A DNA stretch of 64,000 nt from Vitrella brassicaformis CCMP3155 (GCA_001179505.1 CDMY01000200.1:105801-169800); one strand, 5' to 3'. Shown: positions 13,609 to 26,525, counted from the stretch's first letter. Numbers and translations: made by a program. The notes: generated by a model not told the origin, from the letters alone.

Positions 13609-15269
13609 GCAATCATGACCCTCATATAGAGGTGTGTGGCGGACAGGCCGCCCACCCCCACACCCACCACACACGCACACCCCAACAGCCCCACCCACTC
13701 ACTCACCGTTTGTTGTAACCCCACCCGCCGCCCACATCCAGCAGCTCCTTCCGCTTGATATCCTTCGGCCCCCGCCGCGCCATCAGCCGAGCCAGGTCAC
13801 GCAAGGCGCGCTCTTCAAACTTATCACCCTCTCTGGTCCACAGCCGCAGCCCCAGCGCACCGGCCGGCAGAGCGAGGAGCAGTCTCCGCTGCAGAGGGCC
13901 CAGGAGTGACTGCAGGGTGGGGACCGACGGCAACAGCCGCGCTATGAGGGCCGGCGTACGGACGGGAGGGATGGCCAGGGCAGCGAGGAACAGGGCGGGG
14001 GTCACAGCTGATGTGTGTCAGACACAGAGAGAGGGAGAGAGGGTGGTACGGTGTGTGTGTGTGTGTGTGTGTGGTTGCTCCCTCACGCACCCTGTACGAG
14101 CAGTTTGAACTGTGCGGGTTTGAGGGGGCTGGAAGAGTTGGTCACCCGAAGCAAGGCCTCATCCACGGCTGCACTCCACCTCCACTGCCCACTGCGTTGC
14201 CGGCGAGGCCTCACAGGGTTGGCCATCTGAAGCAACCAACGCAGCGAAGCCATCTGATGCAGTTCTCGGCTGCTCCCCGCTCCTCTCCTCTCCTCTCCTC
14301 TCCTCTGACCTTTTCCAGAAGGGTCGCATTGGGGGGCTGCAGCAAATCCCTCACTGAGCCACACACACACACACACACACAAACACACAAGATGGGCACC
14401 TCTCTCTGCCCACGGTGAGGTGATCGATCCCCCGCTGTCTGCTCTGCCTTGGTTGCTCACGGAGGAAACGGAACTCGTGCGGCTCAGCGTCGAGGAGGAG
14501 CTTGATTGGCTCGCCTTCGTCGAGCGTCGAGTAGACCTCCAGGTTCTTGCGGATGTTCTCCTCGGTCTTCTCGGCCTGGGCCTCCTTCCGCTGCTCCTTG
14601 ATGTAGTCGAGCGGGCCCTTGTCCTCGGGGGGCGGCGACGGCTTCGCGCCCATCTTGATCAGCTGACATGACAACAGAGAGATGGATGGATGGATGGATG
14701 TGTGTGTGTGTGTGTGTGTGTCCATTCATATGGCTGACCACTTCTTGCTCCGAGTAGGAGTCCCGTGGCCATCCCTCGGGCCACAGGGTGAGGTCCTTGA
14801 TGCCCTTGCTTTCACGCTTGACGCGGTCACGGGCTGCCAACTCTTCCTCCAAGGCTGAACGAACCAACGAACCAACGAACCAACGAGCGAATAAGCCATA
14901 GACAATGCGCCTCCCTGTCTGTCTGTCTGTCTGGTCCGTGCATTCCTTGTCCCTCCCTCCCTGCCTTGCCGCCTGTCTGCCTGCCCACCGACCAGTCTTC
15001 ATCTCGTCCTCGTTCATGAGATCTCCAATGGCCATCCGCACACCCCCAGCACCGACAGCATGCCGCCTCGCCACCACCCTCCTCTGTGCATGCCGCACCC
15101 TCAGCGGCGCCACCAGAGGCGCGAACGCCGACGCACGGTGCCTCGTTGGTGTCAGCTGCAGTGCCGCTGCGAGTGCCAGGCCGCACAGAGCGATGGACAG
15201 TTTGCTCAGCAGCAGGTGGGTCAGACCTGACGCCGACGCCTTCTTCTGTTTGTTGGCGTGAGGTGGCAT
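7799..15269 (-). CDS. TIC110: Tic110-like plastid inner-envelope translocon component, more than 25 exons, with bipartite plastid-targeting leader
   Basis: N-terminal hydrophobic signal followed by RASAFAP, then hydrophobic helices (…LALPAGALGLRLW). Helical exons align by eye with plant Tic110: AFGVSDEIIEETHNKH ~ SFKLSDELAEDLFREH; VELVYRLLEF ~ VEELEKVLEF; IATEIYTFKLK…LLKTRAALGL…FIQAVREGL ~ IHEEIYRQKLQ…LLRLRVMLCI…FEKVVRDAI. Confidence 0.75.
11866..12165. other. Assembly gap (300 N) flanked by poly-C, inside a Tic110 intron
   Basis: Run of N with C homopolymers on both sides. Confidence 0.98.
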
Positions 15270-15555
15270 GGTTCATCTGCGATACGCGCGCTGAGTGAGG
15301 GGATAGGGGACGAGGGAAGAAGGGAGGGACAACAGGCGGATGGACCAAGACAAGAGAGCGACGAGCCGGTCTGGGAGATCTTGCACGAGCAGCTATCGGG
15401 AAGGCCTTGCAGTGTCAGCAGGCATCAGGCAGGGCCCAAAACAGCACGAAATCACGCCCCTTTCTGCGCGCTCAGCTCGCAGATTTGCGAGCTTGAGACC
15501 AGGGACAGAAAAGATCTGACAACGTGCACAGCTCAGCGCTCATTCACCAGTCAGG

Positions 15556-18506
15556 ATGGGCAAGAAGAGCCGCAAGTTGGTGTTTCTTGACGTGCTGATC
15601 TCCGGCACTCCCGCCGGCCGCGTCGTCATCGAGCTGTTCAATGACATCACGCCCAAGACGTGCGAGAACTTCAGGTCTCGGGGCGGTCAAGAAGGGCGAG
15701 AGGGATGGATGGGTGGTCTCATGCGTGGCATGCATGTCTGTGTGTGTCTGCGTCTGTGTGTGGGTGTTGATTCAGGTGTCTGTGCACCGGCGAGATGGGC
15801 ACGGGGAAGGCCACCCGCCTCCCGCTCACCTTCAGGGGTGAGTGAGCAAAGCCAGAGCAGAGCAGGGGGCATGGACCTCACGTCACTCGTACGGACGGGT
15901 GTCTCTGACATCCCGGGGGGCTCCACATGTAAGTACGTGGTGTGGTGTGCGGTGTCCCGTTCCTTGCGCAGGGAGTCCCTTCCACCGCGTCATCAAGGGT
16001 TTCATGATGCAGGGCGGGGACTTCCAGAACAAAAACGGCACCGGCGGCGAGAGCATCTACGGCGGCAAGTTCCCGGATGAGAACTTCAAGGCCAACCACG
16101 ACAAACGAGGCCTACTCAGCATGGCCAATGCAGGTACCTAGGTGAAACGTGGCGGGGGTGGACGAGTGGACGAGTGGATGAGGAAGATGTGTGTGTGCGT
16201 GTGTGTGTGTGCGTGTGGTTCCACCGCTGTCTGTCGATATATCAGGTCCTGGCACCAACGGCAGCCAGTTCTTCATTACCTTCGCCCCGTGCCCCCATCT
16301 CGACGGGAAGCACGTGGTCTTCGGCCGCGTTGTGGATGGCTTCGACGTGCTAGACGCCGTGGAGCAGATACCCCCAGAGGCAGGCAGCAAAGACAAGTAA
16401 GTGACCAGCAGACCGACAGGCAGACACGACACCAGCCCACATACAGTCTCCATGCGCAAACTCTGTCTCTCTCTGGCAACTCACCAGGCCAAGCGAGCCC
16501 ATTATCATTCGCAAGTGTGGCGAGCTGGTCCTCAACCCCGATACAGCACCGGCAGCAGCACCGGCAGCAGCAGCAGCAGCAGCGGCCGTGCAGCAGCCAG
16601 AAGAGCAGCCAGAAGAGGCCGACCGCCGCTCCCCCCGCACCAAACCCGACAAGAAGAAGAACAAGAAGAAGCGCAAGAAGACCAAAGAAGAGTCAGACGA
16701 GAGTGAGTCCAGCAGTGACGAGAGCAGCAGCAGCAGCAGCGAGTCGTCGTCCGACGAGTCTTCTTCATCCGAGTCCTCCTCGTCGAGTGAGGAGGAGCGT
16801 CGCCGGAGGCGCAGGAAGCGCAAGGCTAGGGGGAAGAAGAGGCGGCGCAAGGACAAGGACAAGGAGAACGAGGAGAAGGACAAGAAGAAGAAGCACAAGC
16901 GGGGCAAGAAGGACAAGGACGACAAGGACGCCATGGCCGAGGATGACCTACCGGACAACAAGCACGTCGAGGAGCCCGCAGACCAGAAGGACAACAAGGA
17001 GCAGGAGGAGCCCGCCGTCAAGCCAGTGGAGATCATACACAAAGGCCGCACCCTCAAAGGCCGGGTCAGCTCGGCCGTGGCTAAGCCCACCCATACACAC
17101 ACACACAGCGACGGACGGCAACATGGCATTCCTCATTGCATTGCATGCCTTCTCAGGGTCACACTGTCTTCAGGAGCAGCCGCTTCGACCCGATCGAGGC
17201 ACCAGTCGACCCCTGGAAGGCCACAGACTGCCCCTACGACGACAGAGGCCGCAAACGACGCCCACCGCCACCAGTCGACAAAGCGGCCAAAGACAGTGCC
17301 GCCCACCCCCCTCCCGACCGAGAGCAGCCCCAGGTTCCTCCGCCCCACTCGGCCGCCGAGCGCCGTGACCACTACTACAGTGCCACATCTCGTGCTGAGC
17401 GTGAGGAGGATGTGCCCATGTACCCTCTGTATGGCGATGAGGAGGAGAGGGGCCGCAAGCGCGCCAGGCCCCGCCAGCAGATGACGGCGGACCGCTGGGG
17501 TGGTGGGCCCTCTCGCGAGGGCGAGGACACCACCGAGCAGATCCGGTTGCACGCCAAGGCCTCGGTCAAGAATGTCCTCGACCAGCACCCGGAGAGGGAG
17601 GGCGACAAGCGGGGGCCTGACGATCGGCCGAGAGAACCGCGACGCCAGGAGCGAGACGACCGTAGGGATGATGATCGGCGGGGCCCCTACGACCGCCCGC
17701 CGCCACGAGACGACAGGGGCCGTGACGTCGACTGGCGCGATAGGCGTGGCGGCTATGGGTCTCGACGTGACGACAGAGATCGCGAGTGGTATCGTGAGAG
17801 GCGCGAGGAGAGGGGGGACATGCGGCGTGGTGGGTATCGTGAGAGGGAGAGGGAGGAGAGGGACCGGCGCGAGAGGGGGCGGTGGATGGACGGGGGGGCT
17901 GACGGTGGAGACCGTCGACATCGAGACGATGAGGTGAGGTAACAACACAGCACACACACAGACGACACAAGAAACCCATTCCATGGACACCCCCTCGTCT
18001 GTCTGTCCCCTGCTCTTTCACGCAGCGTGACCGAGATCGTGAGCAGGACCGTTCTGACAAGGATGGCAGGCGCATACCAGACTATCGAGATCTGGAGGAG
18101 GTGAGGACATCAAGACCCCACTCGAACGAGCAAAGCAGCCAGCTAAGACACCTCCACTGCCTGTCTCTCCCTGCAGGATGATCGTGATCGCGGCCGTGAC
18201 CGACGCGAGGCTGACAGAGACCGCCCCCCAGGGGCTCGCGATGAGGACGACCGACGCACAAGGGACATCCGTCGGCGCGAGAGGGACGGGAGGCAGGAGG
18301 ATGGCGAGCTGAATGACGCCAACTCTAAGAAAGGAGGACAGCGTGATGATGATGGCGATCGCCCTGGTGAGGAGAGGAGCCCTGACAGCGGCGGCGTGAA
18401 GGGCGGCGGGAAGAAAAGGTCTCGATGGGACATGACAGCTCCCCGGAAGGACGACAGGGAGGGAGGGGGGGAGGGGAAGGGGGACAAGGAGTACGTGCCC
18501 GAGTGA
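15556..18506 (+). CDS. PPIG: Multidomain nuclear cyclophilin (PPIG/SRcyp/Moca type): PPIase domain + Lys/Ser/Glu-rich and RD/RE-rich tail
   Basis: FLDV…[35 protein letters not shown]…[36 protein letters not shown]…[13 protein letters not shown]. These are followed by poly-K, poly-S/E, KGRG and RD dipeptide exons. Stop at 18504-18506. Confidence 0.9.
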
Positions 18507-19084
18507 GGGAGGGCAGAGAGAGAGAGAGACAAAGAGGCAGGCAGGCAGGCAGATAGACGGGGCTGTCTGTCTGTCTGTCTGTGTTGCGTAAGGTGGGCTA
18601 TGTGATGACGGGCGGCTGGTTGTTTGTTTGCTGATGTCCATGGTGATGCATAGGGGTGGGGTCTTTCTGACAGAAGCGGAAAGGGCCGTTGCTTCACCGC
18701 TGGCGAGAAGAAGCGACCTCAGACACGAGCAAACTGACGACAGACAGACAAACAGACAGACAGTGGCTCACTTGATGTGCACCGGTCCACTGCGTGAATG
18801 CGAGTCGCATCTGCCTACTTTTTCTCATCTGTCGTGCTCTGGATAATATGGCTGACTTGGGGACTGGGGTGTGGGTGGCGTGAGTGTGTTTAAGAGAGAC
18901 AGACGCCGCGCACACACATGACATGACATGGCCGGCGATGCGGTGTGTGACTCACGCGACAGATTGATGGATGGATCACATCAACCAACGAGCGATTCAA
19001 CACATACGTGATGATGTCGGATGCTATCAACGCCATGACTGACAAGTCGCCACACCCCACCATGTACAGTAGCCGGTCGGTCCA

Positions 19085-21834
19085 TCAGTCCAACTCAATC
19101 ACATCGGGCGAGCCTTGCAGCTGCTGGTCGTCGCCCGTCAGATCCATCGCTGCAGGGTTGTGCTGGGCGCTGCGCGCCACATTCTGCTGGCGCTGCCTCT
19201 GCTGCACTTGGGGTGCCAGCCGAGAGGGAAACATGGGCCACGCTGGGCGGGATGGGGGGACGCTGGCAGCAGCAGCACCACCACCAGCAGCAGCAGCAGC
19301 AGCAGCGGCATCCCCACGCCTTATCTAAAAGACGGAAGAGAGGATTGGGGCAGAGAGCGGTGAGAGAGACACCACACACGTCGGATGGCATTCTGCCTTT
19401 CATTTCATTCTCTCCTCTCACCAGATCGGCGAATGGGTCGGGTTTCCTTTCCTGTTCGCCAGGCAGCTTCCTGGCCTGCTCGTCGGCCGCCTTCTTAACC
19501 GCCACGAGGCCCTTGCGGACGGCCGATGACGACTGCAAGCCGCCCATCTTGGCCAGGATGTGGCCGAAGACGCAGCTGTCGTACCTCACTAGGAGGCGCT
19601 CGATCTCGACGTCAACCAGCCGCCGTAAGGCCTAAGGGAGAAGACAGCAGATGGAGAGGAAGGGCTGTGTCTGTATGAGGCAGGGACGTGTGTTGGTCTG
19701 TTGTACCTACCATGATGAGGTCGGTCTTCATCCTCTCCCCTGGGCTCACTGGGCCGCCATCTCTGCCGCCTTGACTCAGCTCCACCGGACGCACACCACT
19801 CGCCCGCCCCTCCCCACCTTCCTCCTCCCCATCACCCATACCCACACCCACGCTCATACTCACACAGCCGGCGACGAGGTCAGCCACGTCCCCGTGTGCG
19901 GCGTCTTGTGCCGGCCCCTCGGTCGTCGTGAGCATCTGGCCGAATGCGTGCAGCTGCTGGTCGCCAGTCGTCAGGACGAAAAGCAGGAGGGCTGCGTAGC
20001 TGTCTGTCGACTCCTTCATCGCCGCCAGCACTCGGGGCTCCACTGCCGATGGCATGCGCTTTTGACGCTGCTGGTGCTGCTGCTGGTGGTGATTTAGGGG
20101 CCAGATGAGGGGGATGTTGGGTGGGGGAGGGGACAAGGGCGATTGGCTGGCCTGGCCGCTGACCCGCTGCAGGATGGTGCGGCTGATGTTGCACTCGTGT
20201 GACGGGCAGAAGGTGTGCTCGCAGCTGGGCCTCTCCGCTGCTGCTGCTGCTGCTGCTGCCACTGCCCCAGCGGGTGTCTTCTTCTTTTTCCTCCCCGCGC
20301 CCCTCTCTTCTTCCTTCCGCCCGCCCGGCCACTCTTCGCCCGCATCCACCAGCGACACGGCCAAGTCAGCCCTGGGGAATTTGAGCTGCATTGACGAGCA
20401 GGCAGGAAGGCTCCGGTCCGAAAACCGCTGGAACCGCGGAAGAAAGTCGCTCCTGAGCTCGGGGGGGCCCCGTGGCCGCGCCAAGACGTACCTCAGCAGC
20501 AGTAGGTAGCACACCGTGGCCGGCTCGTCTCTGAGCATGAGGGACTGCACGAAGCTCTCCCAGATGCATTGTGCCACCCGGGCGAGCCGGATGAGGCAGT
20601 GGCTGCTGTCGGCGGGATCGATGTGGGGCAGGTTGCGACACCTGCAGCAGCAGCCACCGCAGATGTGCAGGCTGATCAGCACCATGAAGCCATCCACGTG
20701 CAAGGCCGCCGGCCCGCTCTTGACGATCGCCTTCACCAGCAGCCAGATGACATCAAACGGCACCATCTGGAGGTGCCTCTGCGCCACCCCCCACACCAGC
20801 TCCAGCCACCGCATCCGACCAGAAACGTTCTCGCCTGCTCTCTGCTTGAGCTTCTGGATGTGGTCCCGCAGGACCTGGAAGGACCCCGTCATCGAGAGCA
20901 CCAGCCGACGCACTGGGCGGCCAGAAGTGATCGCAGGCAGCGTCAGGAAGTGGCAGAGAAGTAGGAGGATGATCTCGCTCGTCACACGGCGCAGGGCGGC
21001 GAGAAAGGGGGGCTGCGATGTCGATGTCGATGGCGACGCCGACGCCGACGGGATGCCGTCGTCCATGCCTGTGATAGACGCCAGCCGGGCAGATTGCTCA
21101 ATCAGGCCCTCAAGCACGTCGTCATGCCACTCCATAGAGGCGAAATACACACCACTGCTGTCAGCCGGGCCAGCTGATGTCGCTTGATCTTCCTTGGCGG
21201 GCGGGGAGGGGACAGGGGCCTGCGGCGCGGCGATGGCTGCCTCCTCGGAGTGTGTGGTCGGGTCGGGCCAGTGCAAACGGACCATCTGCCGGCAGAGCTG
21301 ACGGATGAGTCGCTGCTGCTGCTCCCCAGTGAGGCACGAAGGGCTGCCCGTCGCGCCGGCGTCAATCTCCATGGGTGCAGCTGAGTCGCTCTGACGGTCA
21401 CGGATGGCCGACTGCCGGATGGATGGCAGCAGCGACGGGTCTGTCGAGTTGAGGAGCACCAGACGCAGGTGCATCCGGTGGAACAGGCGAAGCAAATCGG
21501 GTTTCGTGATGGTGCTGCTGCTGCTGTTGCCAGCGAGGACTCCATCTCCACTGCCGGCGGTCCTTCTCATCAGGCGGCGGATTTGCTCATCTCCTGCACC
21601 ATCCTTCCTGAGTTCCTCCTCCATCAGCCTGCGCAGCGCATCCCGCCCTGTCGGCACGATGCCTCGCTGCGGCAGGCCGCTCAGGCGGGCGTCCTGGATC
21701 TCACGCTGTCTGCCCTTCGTCTGGCGCAGGGCTTTGTGGATCTCGTGGACAATCGGGTCGATTGACGTTGCTGCCGCTGCCAGGAGGTCATCGAGGCCAC
21801 CGTCCTCACGCGCGGCCAACTCCAGGACGCTCAT
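19085..21834 (-). CDS. Hypothetical helical protein (long first exon + 2 small exons)
   Basis: 740-aa ORF 19612..21834 with coding-like composition. It splices to ALRRLVDVEIERLLVRYD…PDPFADL and to a last exon ending MDLTGDD…SPDVIELD* (TGA 19085-19087). Confidence 0.75.
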
Positions 21835-21959
21835 TTTGGGGCGAACGCAAGAGGGAACGAAGAATTTACAAATGATATTGCGAGCTTGACAAGCGACCCG
21901 GCATAGGAAAACCTCGTCTACAGCCTAATTGGTTTCTCAACAGGCCCAAGCAGCGTGTG

Positions 21960-23144
21960 ATGAGTAGCTCTTTGCCGCCTGCCGAGGATCCTCCGAAGCG
22001 CAAGACGCGCTGGAGGAGGGACAAGGGAGATAGCAAAGCAGGCGCAGCAGCACGCCCGGCGTCCCACTCGTCCCATCCCGTGAGTCACCAGCCATCTCCC
22101 AACCGCCCCATCGGCACCGTCGCGCTCCCCAATGCGGCCACCGCATCCATCCACAAGGCCATGCGCTCATCGCAGTTCCTCATGTGCGACTCCACTAGCT
22201 TCATGGACTTTTCAAGAGCATTGGAGGGGGGATCCCTCTATCTGCCGAGTTTCTTCGGTGACGCTGGAGATCTGTTTGAGCAGCTGAGTGAGGATGTGGT
22301 GTCACACGCTGAGGGAGAGGGCGGGTTGGTCAGCTGGTCGCAGCACCTCAAGGCAAGAAGGACCAAAGGGGCAAACAGTGCCAAACACACTCACTTATGC
22401 GCTCGGGTGTCCAACCGCGCGGTTTCCTCTCTCTGTCAGCTGGAGGACCCCGACTTCTCGCGAGCGTTTCAGAGTGTGCTGCAGCGGCTGTCTGACTACT
22501 TCGATTTGGAGGTCTACGCGTCGCGCCTCAACTTCTACCGCTGTGGGTCGGACTGGAAGCCCTACCACCACGACAGCCACGCATACAGCAAAGACAGAGG
22601 ACATGTAAGAAAGGACGTCAGGGAGCGAGCGAGCGGGCGGGCGGGCGTGCGGGCAACCACACAGATCAGCAACACACACACACACATCACCTCACATAAG
22701 CTGTAGTTGCACGTCTGTTTCCCTGTCTGGTCTGTGCTGTGTGTCTGTCTGTCTACCTGTGTGGTGTGGTGTGGTGTGTGTTGATGTGTGCGGGTCAGGT
22801 GCAGAAAGAGGATTTCACCGTGGGCGCCTCCTTCGGCGCGTCTCGTGAGCTGGCCTTCAAGCACAAGCCGTCAGGTGAATGCTCACAGCCTAGCGCCAGC
22901 AGCACCAGCACCAGCACAAGCACCGCTTTCTCCCTCTCAACTCAATGCAGGTTCGGTCTTCTCGTTCCCGCAGCAGTCGGGTGACATCTTCGCCTTCAAC
23001 TCGCTGGTCAACGAGCGGTTCAAGCATGGCGTGCCCAAGGTGGACAAGGACAAGGCCGGCCCGCGGATATCGGTCATCGCCTGGGGCAAGAGGCGGTCGC
23101 TCAACACGCGAAATGCGGGACTGTCTGAGCTGACGAATTCGTAG
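21960..23144 (+). CDS. AlkB-like 2OG-Fe(II) dioxygenase, 4 exons
   Basis: RLNFYRCGSDWKPYHHDSH (HxD), TVGASFGASRELAF, FKHGVP (distal His) and PRISVIAWG (2OG-binding Arg). Confidence 0.85.
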
Positions 23145-23837
23145 AAGAAAGGGAGAGGGTGTGTGTGTGTCTGTGTGTGCTGTGTGTGGGGATGGTCGTT
23201 CTTGTACAGCGTCTGCATGACAGACTCATTCATGGGTCGAATGGCGAATGGTTGCATTCAATTAAAACATGACCGTGGTGGGATGCAATTCAGTCCGTCC
23301 GTCCCTCATCGCGCGCATGGCATGGCATGGATGTGGTGTACCCAAGCCGCATGTAGCACACCACACCACACCACACCACCACCGTCACACACATCAAATC
23401 ACGTTGGCCAGTTGGAACTGGGCCCAGAAATCAATGATACCAAGGACATCTGTCTAACCGGTTGGTTGCACAACCTCACCCCAATGCCATCCACGCCCCA
23501 GCAAGTGCCGTGCTTATACACGAACGCTATGAATCGAATCACGCAAGTGGACATTCACCCAGCCACCCCAGCCATCCCATGGCATGGCAGGCATCCCTCC
23601 CTCCCTGCTGCCACGCCCTTTTCGCCCCAAAACGGCATGGCAGCACACACATCACATCCACACACATCATATGCACACACACACACACACGCGCATGCAG
23701 CCAGCTGCGCGCACCCACTCGGCCGCTGCCGCCCCCTGCAGACGGCTGAGCGGTGCGTGCGGCGTGCGCCCCCTGCATGGCGGTTGAAAACTTTATGAAA
23801 AAGACGACAGACAATACATTACCACACCGACGGCTAG

Positions 23838-25662
23838 CTACGATTGAAATGCGACGGCGGTCATGACAGCGGCGCCGATCCACACAGCGACGATCTTGTA
23901 CAGGCAGGCAAGACCCTGACAGACAGACAGACGGACAGACAGACAGATGGCAGAGAGATGGCACTTGTGCCAAGGAGTGAGTATCAGTCAGTCTGCAGTG
24001 CAGTGCAGTGCCGCCTGGTCCAGTCAAGTCAAGTCTCACCTGCACGCCTTCCCTCAGGCATTTTGGAATGATCTCATACAACGCCACGTAGAAAAATGTA
24101 CCTGCAACAACCAACCAGCCCACCCCACCACCGGCCATCCCATCCAGCCATGAGTGTGTTGTGCTGTATGATAGATAAGACCTTACCGGCAGCGAGGGCG
24201 GACAGGACGCCACAGGCGGTGGCGCCCGTGGCCGTGCCCTGGTTGACGTAGAGGATCGTCAGGCCCAGTGCGGCGCCCAGAGGGGTCATCAGGGAAAACG
24301 TCAGGACCGACGCAAGGAACTCTGCGACACAAACAACACAACAGACCCATCACACCACACCCGACCCGTCTTCGTCGCTGTCTCTTGTGTTTGTCGACTC
24401 ACGTCGTATTGGAAGTCCACTCGCCACGAGGCTGGTCCCTGGGGAAACAGTACAGCAGCAGCGAGGGGCGGGGCTGATGTAGGTAGCTAGCTAGCTAGTG
24501 CGTCCATTCCATCTCGCCTGCCTCGGCTGCCCTCTCCTCTCCTCTCACCAAGTGCGAATCCTGCGAGGGACTTGTGTGCGATGATGGCGATGCCCACACT
24601 GGCAACGCTCACAGTTGCTGACCCCAGACCCATCCCTGATCACACACACACACACACACGGACACACACACCCGACACAGAGAGAGAGCTTCATCGATGT
24701 GTCGCTCGTGGATGGGATGGTACCTACCCTCGATGAAGCTGTGTACGGAGATGGCGACGAACAGCACGAGGGCGGGGAACCAAGCGATGTCCTTCTCCCT
24801 CAGCGCGTGCCACTGCGTGTCCTCCACATCGCTGCCAACCAGGTTGCCAATGGCCCCAGGCACCTCCATCTTCGCCATGGCCCCTCCATCTTCTCCATGG
24901 CAGCACCCTGCTGCAGCTGCTGGATGCTCATGCGGATGCGGATGCGGATGCTGATGCGTATGCGTGTGGCCGAGGAGGCTCTCATGAAGGTGCTTGTTGG
25001 CCTTGTGGGACGAGAGGGGCGAGTCGCCGCCGCCGCCCGAGCGGTCGTTGGGTGCCTCGCTGTCGCCTGTGTGGAGGTGTTTGGAGGCGTGTGCGTCGAA
25101 GTGGAAGGGTACGGGCCTGCAGGGGGGGAGGTTCTGCCTCCTGTGGCGGATGAACTCGGCGATGTGCTCCAACGTGAGCATGAGCAGGAAGCCTATCCAC
25201 GAGAGCATCCCCGCAACAACAGCACGCTGGTCGCCGAACGCCTGGGCCAGCTGTGACGAGGCGTCCACGATCATGTCGCACACGGAGACCGCCAGGCAGA
25301 CACCTACATGACATGAAGAAGGAAGGCACAGAGGAGGCACAGGCATGGGCATGGTCCTCTGTTTTCTGTGTCGTCTGACAGGGTCAGACAAAATCTGTTC
25401 ACACGCACAGTACTCACCGCCAGCCATTGCGGTGAGGACCTCGAAGAGCAGCTCGGACACCTGGCCCTGCTTCATCACGCCTGCACACACAACACACGAC
25501 AGACAGACAGACAAGCAGCCCAGACAGACAGGGAGTGAAAGAGCGTCTGTCTGCCTGAGTGTGAGGATCGTCCATCTACCCACCCGGGAGTGCGGCACCA
25601 ACGATGGCGGCGACGAAGATGACCCCCATCCAAATGAACTTGTCCACGAACGCTGCCACCAT
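23838..25662 (-). CDS. ZIP (SLC39) metal transporter with His-rich loop, multi-exon
   Basis: AISVHSFIEG, AIIAHKSLAGFALG, FSLMTPLGAALG and SALAAGTFFYVALYEIIP are ZIP signature segments. His-rich loop HTHTHQHPHPHPHEH. Confidence 0.92.
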
Positions 25663-25774
25663 TGGGATTCACAAATCAGAAGCTTACGGGAGAATAGAAC
25701 AAGATGGATCTTTCAAAATGCCACTAGCTCTGAGTCCCCGAACCGACTGATAGGAAAATCGTTTGGGGAGAGGA

Positions 25775-25838
25775 GAATTAACCCTAGTCCTCCTCGCAGG
25801 GTTTCCGAATTAACCCTAGTCCTCCTCGCAGGGTTTCC
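25775..25838 (+). repeat. Perfect 32-bp tandem duplication containing telomere-like AACCCTA and AGGGTTT, upstream of the ZIP start
   Basis: GAATTAACCCTAGTCCTCCTCGCAGGGTTTCC occurs at 25775-25806 and 25807-25838. Confidence 0.9.
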
Positions 25839-26525
25839 GCTGTGGGGTTTGGGTTGGGCTTAGAGACGCGAGGGAGGAACGTTGCATCCCTCCTCACGCT
25901 GGACCTCGGAAGAGCAGCGCAGCGCCACGGCGGGAGACCTGTGAGGGACAAGGCCAACTCTTTGCAGGTCGAGTTGCAGGTGAGATGACAACGCTCATAT
26001 TTCCTTTCCTTACATAACACTGCAAAGACGACGATAAGGCCCCTCATGGCCGGCGCCTCCTACTCTGTGCACTACAGGACTCGCGAGCTTGCTCCGTGGG
26101 GGCTTCGCGTGAGGGCTTCGCATGCGTTACGGCGAAAGCGCAGCGAGTCCCGCCAGCCCGACGGAGGAGGGAAATTTCATTGAGTGGCGCCCTTACTGTG
26201 AGGGGGCGGGTGCCTTCCCTTCACATGATGGATGGATGGATGGATGTGTGGACACCTGTCTATGTCATCTATCCGTGGTGGTGTCATCCATCGGTCGACT
26301 GAAGCTCTGTGTGTATCTTGCAATGAGAAAGCTGTGATTCAACCAAGCCAAAAAAGCCACACATCTAACCAAGCCAAAAAGAGCTTCACACACATGCACC
26401 ATCCTGAATGGAATCGCGCATGCAGTCAGGTAGTCAGACAGTCAGACAGACAGTCATCCCATGCATTCTTCCAAAACAGTCAGTCAACCCATAACCCCGC
26501 CCTCTCCCACAGCCGTCTGACTCAC

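Noticed and set aside
25784-26500. Short ORFs between ZIP and the RING gene
   Set aside because: No homology cue or coding-like exon chain; likely promoter and 3' UTR.
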